DNA of 62,303 nucleotides, the filler included. It is 7 parts of 7 records of this genome, joined end to end, with 100 filler letters (N's around TTAATTAATTAA, not from the genome) between each part and the next. Parts side by side here need not be neighbours in the genome. Positions count along the whole stretch, not along the records: positions 1 to 5,019 come from SRR31156797_62354; positions 5,120 to 10,479 come from SRR31156797_62380; 5 more parts are not named here. One strand, given 5' to 3'. A program made the position numbers and the translations under genes. Shown here one piece after another: positions 1-8,271 of this stretch. The notes under the pieces were generated by a model. The model saw only the letters and a list, made by a program, of their open reading frames with translations. It made no database searches and had not been told where the DNA came from. The first letter of the stretch is position 1, and each line of letters begins with the position of its first letter.

Positions 1-30
1 ATTGAACAATGATTTAGTTACGAGTTTATG
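1..30 (+). repeat. 30-bp terminal direct repeat, left copy (ATTGAACAATGATTTAGTTACGAGTTTATG)
   Basis: Identical to 4990-5019, the last 30 bases of the same contig. Confidence 0.95.
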
Positions 31-69
31 TACACAAGAATAGAGCAATAAATTTCAATTATGGCATTT

Positions 70-108
70 AAAAAGAGTGTTCAGGAAATCGTCATTTTCT
101 GAACACTC
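70..108 (-). terminator. Probable intrinsic terminator for the leftward genes
   Basis: GAGTGTTCAG...CTGAACACTC inverted repeat with an A-run on its left (U-tract on the minus strand), downstream of 251..466. Confidence 0.6.
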
Positions 109-250
109 CATATAATGAAAACTGAAAAAATCACTCAATCATTTTTGAGTGATTTTAATGGTGACCACATTTTTATAGTTTTTTCTTAATTTAGAAATCC
201 ATATCGAGATTATGTTAATTTGGGGAAGAATTAACACGCGCACTAATTTT

Positions 251-466
251 TTATCGTTTCTTAATCGTTTTATAAATGCCGTATGCACAATATAAAATAA
301 ACAAGACGGGGATAACGACTAATGGCGTTTTTAGTAATAAATAAGGATCTAAAACACCATTGATTGTACCTTGTTTAACCAAAAGATAGTTACAGTAACT
401 GATCAATTGTAATTGAAATAATAAAATGAATCCGATAAATAAACTATAAATGTATTGTTTCTCCAT
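251..466 (-). CDS. Small two-TM membrane protein (possible immunity protein)
   Basis: 71 aa, two hydrophobic segments, basic C-terminus, AGGAG RBS, 10 bp after the secreted protein gene. Confidence 0.7.
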   Translation of the reverse strand: MEKQYIYSLFIGFILLFQLQLISYCNYLLVKQGTINGVLDPYLLLKTPLVVIPVLFILYCAYGIYKTIKKR

Positions 467-476
467 CTTTTTCTCC

Positions 477-1124
477 TTATAGGTTTTTAAATGAGTAATC
501 CCAATGACTAAAGGTTTTTACAGTAGCGGTTCTAGCTGTCTTTGTTTTGACTCCACTTATATACTCACGCTGTACTACTTTTGTAGATTTGTACACTGGT
601 CTAAAAATTATTTGTTGTCTTTTACCTGCGGGGATATTTATAGAATAAGATACTCCGTAAGTCTTTGATTGCCCAATTGTAATTCCCAACGATGCTCCGA
701 TTTTATCGGCACCAATTGGATAACTACCTGAAATCGAAGACGAAACAGATCTACTAGAAGTATTTGAGTTAGTGGCTGACAATGTTGCTTTTCCCTTTCC
801 AGATGGTCCATTTCTCCATGCGCCATAAGATGTACCAGCTGATGTTTTCGATTCAATTCTCCACATTCTATATTGAGCTACTCTAGTATTTACTTGTATG
901 CCTTCCGAGTACAAGTTTGTATCATTATCAAGATTAATTTCAGGAACGTTTAAGTACTCTGCTCCTTCGTCCGAAAAAATTGGTGCATTTTCGTCAGGAA
1001 GAATAAGTTCATTAGTTTCTTCCATTGTTTCTGCTTTAGCATAAGTTACTGCACCACCAAAAGCTGTAAATACAGTGGTTGCAACTATTGCTGTTAACAT
1101 AGTTGTTACGATAGATTTTTTCAT
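477..1124 (-). CDS. Secreted Ser/Thr-rich protein (signal peptide, acidic pro-region, basic beta-rich mature domain)
   Basis: N-terminal signal peptide ending AKA; AGAGGG RBS; acidic linker ending NTR; basic C-terminal half. Confidence 0.8.
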   Translation of the reverse strand: MKKSIVTTMLTAIVATTVFTAFGGAVTYAKAETMEETNELILPDENAPIFSDEGAEYLNVPEINLDNDTNLYSEGIQVNTRVAQYRMWRIESKTSAGTSYGAWRNGPSGKGKATLSATNSNTSSRSVSSSISGSYPIGADKIGASLGITIGQSKTYGVSYSINIPAGKRQQIIFRPVYKSTKVVQREYISGVKTKTARTATVKTFSHWDYSFKNL

Positions 1125-1182
1125 TTTGATCCCTCTTTCATTTTTTATACACTAAGTATCCTTGAAATATGAAAAAAATGAA

Positions 1183-1247
1183 AGAAACGAGAAGTTTACA
1201 TCATCGGTTTACTACTAAAGGTAAACGAAAAGTTTACTTTTAGTAGT
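1183..1247. promoter_or_regulatory. Palindromic operator cluster GTAAAC-N5-GTTTAC upstream of 477..1124
   Basis: GTAAACgaaaaGTTTAC at 1221-1237 inside a longer ACTACTAAA..TTTAGTAGT palindrome; degenerate copy at 1183-1199; same motif at 2577-2593. Confidence 0.6.
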
Positions 1248-1294
1248 TACTATTACACCTTCAGAATTAAAATTGTCTTCACCATAGAATGGTA

Positions 1295-1489
1295 CTACTC
1301 ATTTAATAGTTTATCTCTTTCTTGAACTAATCCCTTTTCTTTATCAATCAGTGTCAGAAATATTTTATCAGAATACAGTTCTTCCTGAATTTTACCCCTA
1401 AATAGCAGAAATTCTTCCGCATAGTTTAATTTTTGCTGATTGACGCTTCTTCTTTCATTACAAACAGTAAGTAAATTTCGTTTTTTCAT
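1295..1489 (-). CDS. Small hypothetical protein
   Basis: 64 aa ORF with TAGGAG RBS, directly downstream of the XRE gene. Confidence 0.5.
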   Translation of the reverse strand: MKKRNLLTVCNERRSVNQQKLNYAEEFLLFRGKIQEELYSDKIFLTLIDKEKGLVQERDKLLNE

Positions 1490-1512
1490 TCTTACTCCTA
1501 CTGATTTTGACG

Positions 1513-2028
1513 TTATTCAATCTGTTCGATCGAAACTGATCCCCACCCCATATAATTTGCTAAGTGTCCGTATCCAGCATATAAATTTAACGCCAGTGCT
1601 AAAATGCTGATAAGCCAAATTAATTTATAGTATGAATTACAGCGCTTATTTCTGACAAATACGAACATACACACAATAATGCCCACTGGAAATATGAACG
1701 ATGCTAGCGCTGAAAGACCAATTAAAACCAGACTTTCATCTTTTCCCAGCGTATTTCGTAAAAGTTGGAGCTTCTGTTTCTTGCTGGCAATATCTTCATT
1801 ATTATGTTCAATTTTTTTCTTCAACTTTTCATTCTCATCGAGTAGCTCTCCAATAGAAACTTCATAAAGTTGGCTCAGTAGAATTAAGTTGTCGTAGTCA
1901 GGGTAGCCTCGGTCATTTTCCCATTTTGAAATAGATTGTCTTGAAACATTAAGCTTTTCAGCTACAAACACTTGTGAGAATCCTTTGTTTTCCCGATGTG
2001 ACTTAAGTTTTTCCCCGAGTTCCATCAT
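1513..2028 (-). CDS. XRE-family HTH transcriptional regulator with C-terminal membrane segments
   Basis: SQVFVAEKLNVSRQSISKWENDRGYPD is a typical HTH_3 motif; hydrophobic C-terminus; ATG at 2028 follows an AGGTG RBS. Confidence 0.9.
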   Translation of the reverse strand: MMELGEKLKSHRENKGFSQVFVAEKLNVSRQSISKWENDRGYPDYDNLILLSQLYEVSIGELLDENEKLKKKIEHNNEDIASKKQKLQLLRNTLGKDESLVLIGLSALASFIFPVGIIVCMFVFVRNKRCNSYYKLIWLISILALALNLYAGYGHLANYMGWGSVSIEQIE

Positions 2029-2044
2029 TAAATACACCTACTTA

Positions 2045-2497
2045 TTATTTTACAACCAGTTTACCATTTGAAATAGTCGTCGTCACGCTCGCATTAGAAG
2101 TCATTGTTCCAATCTTGTGTTTGAAGTTACAGATAGCTCTTGATGAATTGCTACTCAAAGAACTTGAAGTAATACTCCCTTGATAAGTGGTCATATTTAA
2201 ATTAGTTGCAGCTGTAAATTGTTTGTTCGAGTTGACAGTCACATTGTACGATACTAACCAATTACCCGTGCTTTTTTTCGAGACTTTGTATGTCCCTTTA
2301 CCTACCCTAGTACCGGATGAAATATTTTCAATCATTAGTTCAATAGTTTCTCCCGAGTCATCTATATACGATGACTCGCTTCTAATAGTTGTTGAATCAA
2401 GGTCAAATACTAACTCCTCATTTTCGTGCGCAAGTCCCGTTGCTGGAAAAAAAAGAATACCTACTCCTAATATAAATAACGTAAATATTTTTTTCAT
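2045..2497 (-). CDS. Secreted protein (DUF5626-like), signal peptide plus acidic pro-region
   Basis: Signal peptide ending GLA; AGGAG RBS; beta-rich basic C-terminal domain after GTR; family label from resemblance only. Confidence 0.7.
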   Translation of the reverse strand: MKKIFTLFILGVGILFFPATGLAHENEELVFDLDSTTIRSESSYIDDSGETIELMIENISSGTRVGKGTYKVSKKSTGNWLVSYNVTVNSNKQFTAATNLNMTTYQGSITSSSLSSNSSRAICNFKHKIGTMTSNASVTTTISNGKLVVK

Positions 2498-2566
2498 TTC
2501 GTTCTCCTATTCTAAATTTTTCTCTTAGTATACATTGTAATAATGGTATTTATAAGTATCGTTCTA

Positions 2567-2620
2567 TTTACACTACGTAAACTTCAGGTTTACATCCCTT
2601 CGTAAACCTGAAATGTAAAC
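2567..2620. promoter_or_regulatory. Operator cluster in the divergent promoter region (GTAAAC/GTTTAC half-sites)
   Basis: GTAAACttcagGTTTAC at 2577-2593, further GTAAAC at 2602-2607 and 2615-2620. Confidence 0.6.
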
Positions 2621-2685
2621 AGATTAGTCCTTTAAAGTAAATAGATATGTGTCATTATGAAAATGTAAATGGAAAAGGAGTGTGA

Positions 2686-3639
2686 ATGATGAGAAAGAGA
2701 ATATTTAAAAATAAAAAAACACCATTATTATTTGCCATACTTTCAACAGTTGCATTATCCATAATTATTTTTTTAGTTTTGCCCGGCCTCTTATTAACTA
2801 ATCCTAAGTCCGAAGAAACTCAAACTATTGTTTTCGAAAACACCATAAGTTATGGATTACGTGATAGTAATGGTCAGATAGTTGATGTAGGTACACAAAT
2901 AAACCAAAGTGGCTCATCTTCATTTTCAGGGGATCTTGAAATTATCCAAGATATGGAGGGACAATACCTTTATTACTTAAACATATTAAAGGACTTGCAT
3001 GAAATTCCCTATGAAGTTAATGGAGAAGAAGTTACTTCGGCAAACATATTTTCATTGACCAATAAACAGAAAATAAATATAGACCTTTCAATAGACAATA
3101 TTTCTGAGGGAAACGAACTAATGATTTTACTTTTTAAATATCCGAAATCGAACGACTCGATGACCTTAGAAAGAAGTTTAGAATACTCAGTTATGGGACT
3201 AAGATTCAATTTGACTAACAACAGTACCTATCCTCAGTCCATTAAATTTCTTAATGATAATGATACGAACGATTACAACGCCAGAATTTCAATGGTAAAT
3301 GTTCAATCTTCAAATGAAGCGATCCTCGAACTTGAAAAAAGATCTAATGACAGTGTGGAGCTTCTTTTGGGACAAACTAGTAATGAGAACAGCAGACACT
3401 CAATTCTTCCCTTTATAAATGGCTCTCTCATAGAAAAAAATGAACTGCCTCCAAACACCGTGTATGAAATCTCTGATAATAAATTGTATAGGATTCCGAT
3501 TAAAATTCCCGTCACAAAAAAAGAAAACAGTATTTTTCAATTAGTTGATGTTCTGTCGCCATATCAAATGGACGATGGGATATATTCTATTACTGAAATT
3601 GATTTCTCAAATCCTGTACTCATAAAAAATAGTAAGTAG
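2686..3639 (+). CDS. Membrane-anchored extracellular hypothetical protein
   Basis: 317 aa, basic N-terminus then a single TM helix; AAGGAG RBS. Confidence 0.8.
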   Translation: MMRKRIFKNKKTPLLFAILSTVALSIIIFLVLPGLLLTNPKSEETQTIVFENTISYGLRDSNGQIVDVGTQINQSGSSSFSGDLEIIQDMEGQYLYYLNILKDLHEIPYEVNGEEVTSANIFSLTNKQKINIDLSIDNISEGNELMILLFKYPKSNDSMTLERSLEYSVMGLRFNLTNNSTYPQSIKFLNDNDTNDYNARISMVNVQSSNEAILELEKRSNDSVELLLGQTSNENSRHSILPFINGSLIEKNELPPNTVYEISDNKLYRIPIKIPVTKKENSIFQLVDVLSPYQMDDGIYSITEIDFSNPVLIKNSK

Positions 3640-3649
3640 GTGGAAAAAT

Positions 3650-3898
3650 ATGAAAAAAACAGCAAATCTCGTAAATAACTTAATTTTCGCATATTTCGTA
3701 TATTGTATATACGTCATAATCTCGCCAATAGTTGTTCCGTTTATTTTCCAGTTATTGTTAGCAAAAGAGGTTCCTCTGGATACAGTAAATCACAGTTTCT
3801 CTTTCGTGAAAGCAGTATTATTTATTGTTTTCATCTTGAAGGGTAACTTTGAAAATAAAAAGAAAGAAGGTCATCACAATGAAAAAAGCACTATATAA
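3650..3898 (+). CDS. Small two-TM membrane protein
   Basis: 82 aa hydrophobic ORF, AGGTGG RBS, within the operon. Confidence 0.65.
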   Translation: MKKTANLVNNLIFAYFVYCIYVIISPIVVPFIFQLLLAKEVPLDTVNHSFSFVKAVLFIVFILKGNFENKKKEGHHNEKSTI

Positions 3899-4352
3899 AA
3901 TGGGGGTACTGGGTCTCTTACCACTTACAACACTACCAGGTTTTGCATACGCCTCTGAAGAAGGTGGAAATATTCAAGAAGATCCAATTTTAGAAGAAAT
4001 AGTCATCTCGAATAGTGATTCTAGCTCCATGACAGATGGGGTTTCACGGTCTTCCATCAAATGTACTACGACTGCTACAATCCATTACACACTCGCTCCA
4101 ATAAGTGCAGCGTCCTCTGCAACTGGAGAAGCGGCTAAAATGATGGACAGTATCTTTGTACGATCACGGCTCTACAATTCAAACGGTGTACTGAAAAATG
4201 ATAAGTCTTCTACTAAAACAAAAACAGCGTATAATTCTGTTAAAACAAATCATGCCCCAGTAAGTGTGTCAAAAAACTATACCTATGCAAATTCAACATT
4301 TAAGAAATCAGGTTATTCAACGGTCACTCATGAAGTTAGAGCGAATCAGTAA
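3879..4352 (+). CDS. Secreted bacteriocin-like pre-pro-protein, paralog A
   Basis: Start MKKALY after GAAGG RBS; signal peptide ending AYA; C-terminal FKKSGYSTVT shared with the next gene. Confidence 0.75.
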   Translation: MKKALYKMGVLGLLPLTTLPGFAYASEEGGNIQEDPILEEIVISNSDSSSMTDGVSRSSIKCTTTATIHYTLAPISAASSATGEAAKMMDSIFVRSRLYNSNGVLKNDKSSTKTKTAYNSVKTNHAPVSVSKNYTYANSTFKKSGYSTVTHEVRANQ

Positions 4353-4365
4353 AGGAGAATCAATA

Positions 4366-4791
4366 ATGAAAAGAAAAATTATACTTTTTACATTCTTGCT
4401 AAGCATCTTAGGATTCAATGTCTCGACGACAGCCCTTGCAAGCGAACAAGGAAATCTACTTGAAGTTGTTGACTCAAACGAAGCAACAATGTCGAATGCA
4501 CTCACACGCTCTTCTATTTCAGTAAAAGGAAATCTATCAAAATCTAATCTAGTTTTTGTGGCTACTTCAACTGCTAGTCAAACACAAGATTCTATCTGGT
4601 CGAAATGTGAGTCTTATACATCTGGAAAAAAACTCATAAACAGCGATCAGAATACAGTAAAAAATAGCAAATATGGAAGCGCACAAGCAACGTTTGGTAT
4701 ACTGCACACTAGCCCTAAATCTTTAGGGTATCATCAGTTTAAAAAATCAGGCTACAACACTGTAACATTAACAACAAAATATAATTGGTAA
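4366..4791 (+). CDS. Secreted bacteriocin-like pre-pro-protein, paralog B
   Basis: Start MKRKII after AAGGAG RBS; signal peptide ending ALA; C-terminal FKKSGYNTVT. Confidence 0.75.
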   Translation: MKRKIILFTFLLSILGFNVSTTALASEQGNLLEVVDSNEATMSNALTRSSISVKGNLSKSNLVFVATSTASQTQDSIWSKCESYTSGKKLINSDQNTVKNSKYGSAQATFGILHTSPKSLGYHQFKKSGYNTVTLTTKYNW

Positions 4792-4797
4792 AATGAG

Positions 4798-4836
4798 AAT
4801 GCTTTTAATTCAATCACTGAATTAAAAGCATTTTTT
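4798..4836 (+). terminator. Intrinsic terminator
   Basis: AATGCTTTTAATTCA-atcac-TGAATTAAAAGCATT stem followed by a T-run, just after the stop at 4791. Confidence 0.85.
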
Positions 4837-4989
4837 GTGAGTATGGAAAATAAGAAATTCTATTTTCAAACTATATCTGTATAGTTACTTACAATAAAAA
4901 ATAACCATCACTATGAGCAAGGTATCAAATACTATTAAGTATCTGACCACATCCAAGGTTTGTCCAAATACTCATAAATCTAAATTTTC

Positions 4990-5019
4990 ATTGAACAATG
5001 ATTTAGTTACGAGTTTATG
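4990..5019 (+). repeat. 30-bp terminal direct repeat, right copy
   Basis: Identical to 1-30. Confidence 0.95.
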
Positions 5020-5119
5020 NNNNNNNNNNNNNNNNNNNNNNNNNNNNNNNNNNNNNNNNNNNNTTAATTAATTAANNNNNNNNNNNNNNNNNNNNNNNNN
5101 NNNNNNNNNNNNNNNNNNN
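5020..5119. other. Artificial contig spacer (N44-TTAATTAATTAA-N44); also at 10480-10579, 21677-21776, 30638-30737, 47880-47979, 54502-54601
   Basis: Identical 100-nt N-padded all-frame-stop linker six times; composition and gene content change across each. Confidence 0.98.
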
Positions 5120-5120
5120 A

Positions 5121-5855
5121 GGAGATGCGGAAGTTGCTGATGTGCGTCGCGGAGGAGTGAATGTTTACGAAAAAGCACAAGCTGCTATTGACCACTCAAC
5201 CCAGGCAGGTTTGATTACCGGTGTTGCCATGAGTGTTTGTAAATCGAACCTGGATCTGGCATTTTCTGATGAGTTTATTAGCTCGCTGATAAAACGCGGA
5301 GTATTTTATTTGTGGTATTACATTTACCGACCTGTTGGTAAAGATGCTACGGAAGAACTTTGCTTGTCGGCAGAAGAAATTGAAAAGCTTCGTGTATTTA
5401 TGGTAGAGGCACGCGGGAAATACAACATTGCAATCATTGATGCATATTGGGATGAAAACGGAAAGGGATTATGCCCTGCTGCATCGGGCTTAAGTCACCA
5501 TATTAATGCTTCGGGAGATATTGAACCCTGTCCGGTTATTCAATTTGCTACCAATAATGTGGCCGATAATGACCTGGAAAACATTTACAGAAATTCCAGC
5601 TTCCTTGAAGGATTTAAAACAGAAATACCAAAACTAACCTCGGGATGCGTTGTAATGGACAATCCCAAATGGTTGGTTAACTATTTAAAAGAACAAAATG
5701 CAAAAGATACTTCGGGCAGAGGAAATGAGCTGGAACGACTAAATTTAATGTCGGAGGTTCCCAGTCATGGTGCTGCAAAAAAAACTAAAGAAAAAAACCG
5801 GATCTATCGGTTTGCAAAAAAACGCGCTTTCTTTGGATTGGGAGCTTACGGCTAA
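5121..5855 (+). CDS. Radical SAM/SPASM-type protein, 5'-truncated by contig edge
   Basis: GDAEVADVRRGG, YYIYRPVG, CPAASG..HHINASGDIEPCP twitch/SPASM-like Cys motif; the CxxxCxxC motif lies outside the contig. Confidence 0.8.
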   Translation, partial: GDAEVADVRRGGVNVYEKAQAAIDHSTQAGLITGVAMSVCKSNLDLAFSDEFISSLIKRGVFYLWYYIYRPVGKDATEELCLSAEEIEKLRVFMVEARGKYNIAIIDAYWDENGKGLCPAASGLSHHINASGDIEPCPVIQFATNNVADNDLENIYRNSSFLEGFKTEIPKLTSGCVVMDNPKWLVNYLKEQNAKDTSGRGNELERLNLMSEVPSHGAAKKTKEKNRIYRFAKKRAFFGLGAYG

Positions 5856-5858
5856 AGC

Positions 5859-7433
5859 ATGGAAAAAACAAATGGCATATTAAAAGTTCCGGAGGAATCG
5901 TTTGTAAGGAATAAAATGCGTAAAGCGGCTTCGGTATTGGCCGGAGAACAGAAGCTACTTCCTCCTGTTAAACTTGAAAAACTTAAGGATACAGCTCGTT
6001 TATTGGTGAAACAACAGGCTGTTTCGGAAGACTACCTCAATTTTGCCATGGTACTTATTGGAAATGAATCGTGGAGGAAAACCATGAAAGCCACCCCAAT
6101 GCACCGGAGACTTTTATTGCTCCCTCAATGTTTACATGAGAAAGAACAGTGCCAGGGTATGTTCGATGAGCTTGGCTTAAACTGTGCTGGCTGCAAAGCT
6201 TGTCCTATCGACGATATTTTAATTGAAGCAGAAAAAAAAGGTTATGCAAATTTGGTTGCGGAAGGTACTACGGTGGCAGTTGGATTGGTGGAAGAAGGAT
6301 CAATTGATGCCGTTATCGGAGTGAGCTGTATGCCCGTTTTACAACGTTCATTCGAGCCTGTTTCCAATGCTGCCGTTCCGGTTATTGGAATTCCTTTAAT
6401 GCATGACGGGTGCGAAAATACTAAAGCAGATATAAAATGGATTTTAGATGAGATGCGTTCTTTTGAAGCAGATCAAAAATATGAGCCAATCTCTGTTTCA
6501 TTGGTAAAATCAAAAATTCAGGAATTATTCACCAGCGAGAAAATTACTCAATACATTGCTGATGAAGACAATACCGAAAAGATTGCACTGGAATACCTTT
6601 TAATTGATGGACAACGAATGCGGCCTCTTCTAACTGCCCTATCTTACCTGGCTTACGCAGAAGAAAAAAACGAAGAAATTTTTCAGAGACTTTCTTTAAT
6701 TATTGAATGTTTTCATAAAGCTTCATTGATCCATGACGATATTGAGGATGACTCAAACGAACGTTACCAGCATCAAACAGCTCATAAAAGATATGGCATA
6801 CCTCAAGCAATTAATGTTGGAGATTATTTAATTGGCAAGGGTTATGAACTGTTGAGTGAACTCCCAACCGATTCTTCAAAAATAAACCGGTGTTTTAAAT
6901 TAGTTGCACAGTCGCACATTACTTTAACCAAAGGGCAGGGAGCTGATATTCTGTTTAACAGTGGCAATTTAATGCTTGAAACAGAAGCTATGCTTGAGGT
7001 GTTTCGAAACAAAACCGGAGAAGCCATTAAAGTAGCCCTGGTTTTAGGGGCAATTGCAGGCAATGCTTCAGAAGAAGATCTTAACACCCTTAACCAATTG
7101 GCTGATAATTTTGGAATAGCATACCAGATTCGTGACGACATAAATGAATTTGAGGAACAAAAAGCCGATGAAAAAACCGGAGACTTTCCATTTCTTCTGG
7201 CACTGCTTAATACTTCCTTTATACAACAGGCAAAAACAATCTCACCTGATTTAAGTAAAGATGTAGTTTTATTCAGACAGCAAATTACTGAAGAAAAATT
7301 GGACGAATTGGCTAAAACTATTTTACAAGAATACACTGACAAATGCTATGTAAAACTGGATAACCTTGAAAATGCCCGGTTGCGTTTAAGTCTGTACGGG
7401 ATTATGGGAAAAATCTTTAAACCGGCCAGTTAA
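5859..7433 (+). CDS. DUF116-like Cys-rich domain fused to trans-polyprenyl diphosphate synthase
   Basis: N-terminal RRLLLLPQCL..CAGCKAC..IGVSC..GC; C-terminal GQRMRP, HKASLIHDDIED (FARM), YQIRDD (SARM). Confidence 0.85.
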   Translation: MEKTNGILKVPEESFVRNKMRKAASVLAGEQKLLPPVKLEKLKDTARLLVKQQAVSEDYLNFAMVLIGNESWRKTMKATPMHRRLLLLPQCLHEKEQCQGMFDELGLNCAGCKACPIDDILIEAEKKGYANLVAEGTTVAVGLVEEGSIDAVIGVSCMPVLQRSFEPVSNAAVPVIGIPLMHDGCENTKADIKWILDEMRSFEADQKYEPISVSLVKSKIQELFTSEKITQYIADEDNTEKIALEYLLIDGQRMRPLLTALSYLAYAEEKNEEIFQRLSLIIECFHKASLIHDDIEDDSNERYQHQTAHKRYGIPQAINVGDYLIGKGYELLSELPTDSSKINRCFKLVAQSHITLTKGQGADILFNSGNLMLETEAMLEVFRNKTGEAIKVALVLGAIAGNASEEDLNTLNQLADNFGIAYQIRDDINEFEEQKADEKTGDFPFLLALLNTSFIQQAKTISPDLSKDVVLFRQQITEEKLDELAKTILQEYTDKCYVKLDNLENARLRLSLYGIMGKIFKPAS

Positions 7434-8263
7434 TGCAAAAAAACACACCAGTTTATAAGCGAATAATTAGCAGGTTAGCGCGGGGTTTTAACACACTTAA
7501 TCCTGAAACTCAGAAAGAAATTTCTCTTTTTATAACCAGTCAGCAAAATAGCAACGGTAGCTTTTGCGACCGTGCAGGAAAAACAGATGCTTATTATTCG
7601 TTATTTGGGTTGTGGTTGAGCCGCGCAACCAAACAAACCGAAAATCTGCAAAAACTCTTACAAAGTATCAATAAATTAAAAACCAGTAGCCCGGTTGAGG
7701 AACTGGCTGTTGCCCTGATAGAAGCTGAATTAAATCCGGCCTCTGCTAAACAAAGTACTTTCTCGCTGCTAAAATTAATTTATAAAAACAGTGCCAACAT
7801 CGATATTTCCTATCGTTTTTTTCTGTTTGCACTTACATTCGATGCATTGGCAAAAAACAAGAGATTGGTACACTGTGTTGCACGTATGTGGTTAAGATTT
7901 TACTCCCCAAAAGGAAATATGCCATGCAGTGTAATTGCGGCATTAACTTTTGCCCGTTCTTTCTTAAATTTAGAATCCATTTCTTATCAACAAAAACTGA
8001 TGAGCTACCACATGAAAAATTCAGGATTTAAAGCTTTTAAGGAAATACAAAACAGCGATATGCTTTCAACCGGAGTGGCACTATTTGCCCTTGCAGAAAC
8101 GAATTACGATGTAAGGCTAATCGCCCCAGACTGTCTGGATTTTGTACAAAACAACTATGAATCAGGCGCATTTTTATCGGGTGATGGCGATCTTACCAAA
8201 GATTTGGAGTATACATTTTATGGCCTGTTAGCTTTAGGAAGTGTGAAAAAAGGTGAAGGATAA
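7433..8263 (+). CDS. Prenyltransferase/squalene-oxidase repeat protein
   Basis: SQQNSNGSF..DAYYSLFG and DLEYTFYGLLALG repeats; start overlaps the upstream stop. Confidence 0.8.
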   Translation: MQKNTPVYKRIISRLARGFNTLNPETQKEISLFITSQQNSNGSFCDRAGKTDAYYSLFGLWLSRATKQTENLQKLLQSINKLKTSSPVEELAVALIEAELNPASAKQSTFSLLKLIYKNSANIDISYRFFLFALTFDALAKNKRLVHCVARMWLRFYSPKGNMPCSVIAALTFARSFLNLESISYQQKLMSYHMKNSGFKAFKEIQNSDMLSTGVALFALAETNYDVRLIAPDCLDFVQNNYESGAFLSGDGDLTKDLEYTFYGLLALGSVKKGEG

Positions 8264-8271
8264 AGGACTAA

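Noticed and set aside
8-36. Possible dif/Xer site (TTATGTACACA resembles a XerD arm)
   Set aside because: The left arm does not resemble a XerC arm at 6-bp spacing
5020-5119. Recurrent TTAATTAATTAA flanked by Ns (six copies) as a biological repeat
   Set aside because: Artificial all-frame-stop contig linker; no gene linkage should be inferred across it, and ORFs containing X-runs are artefacts
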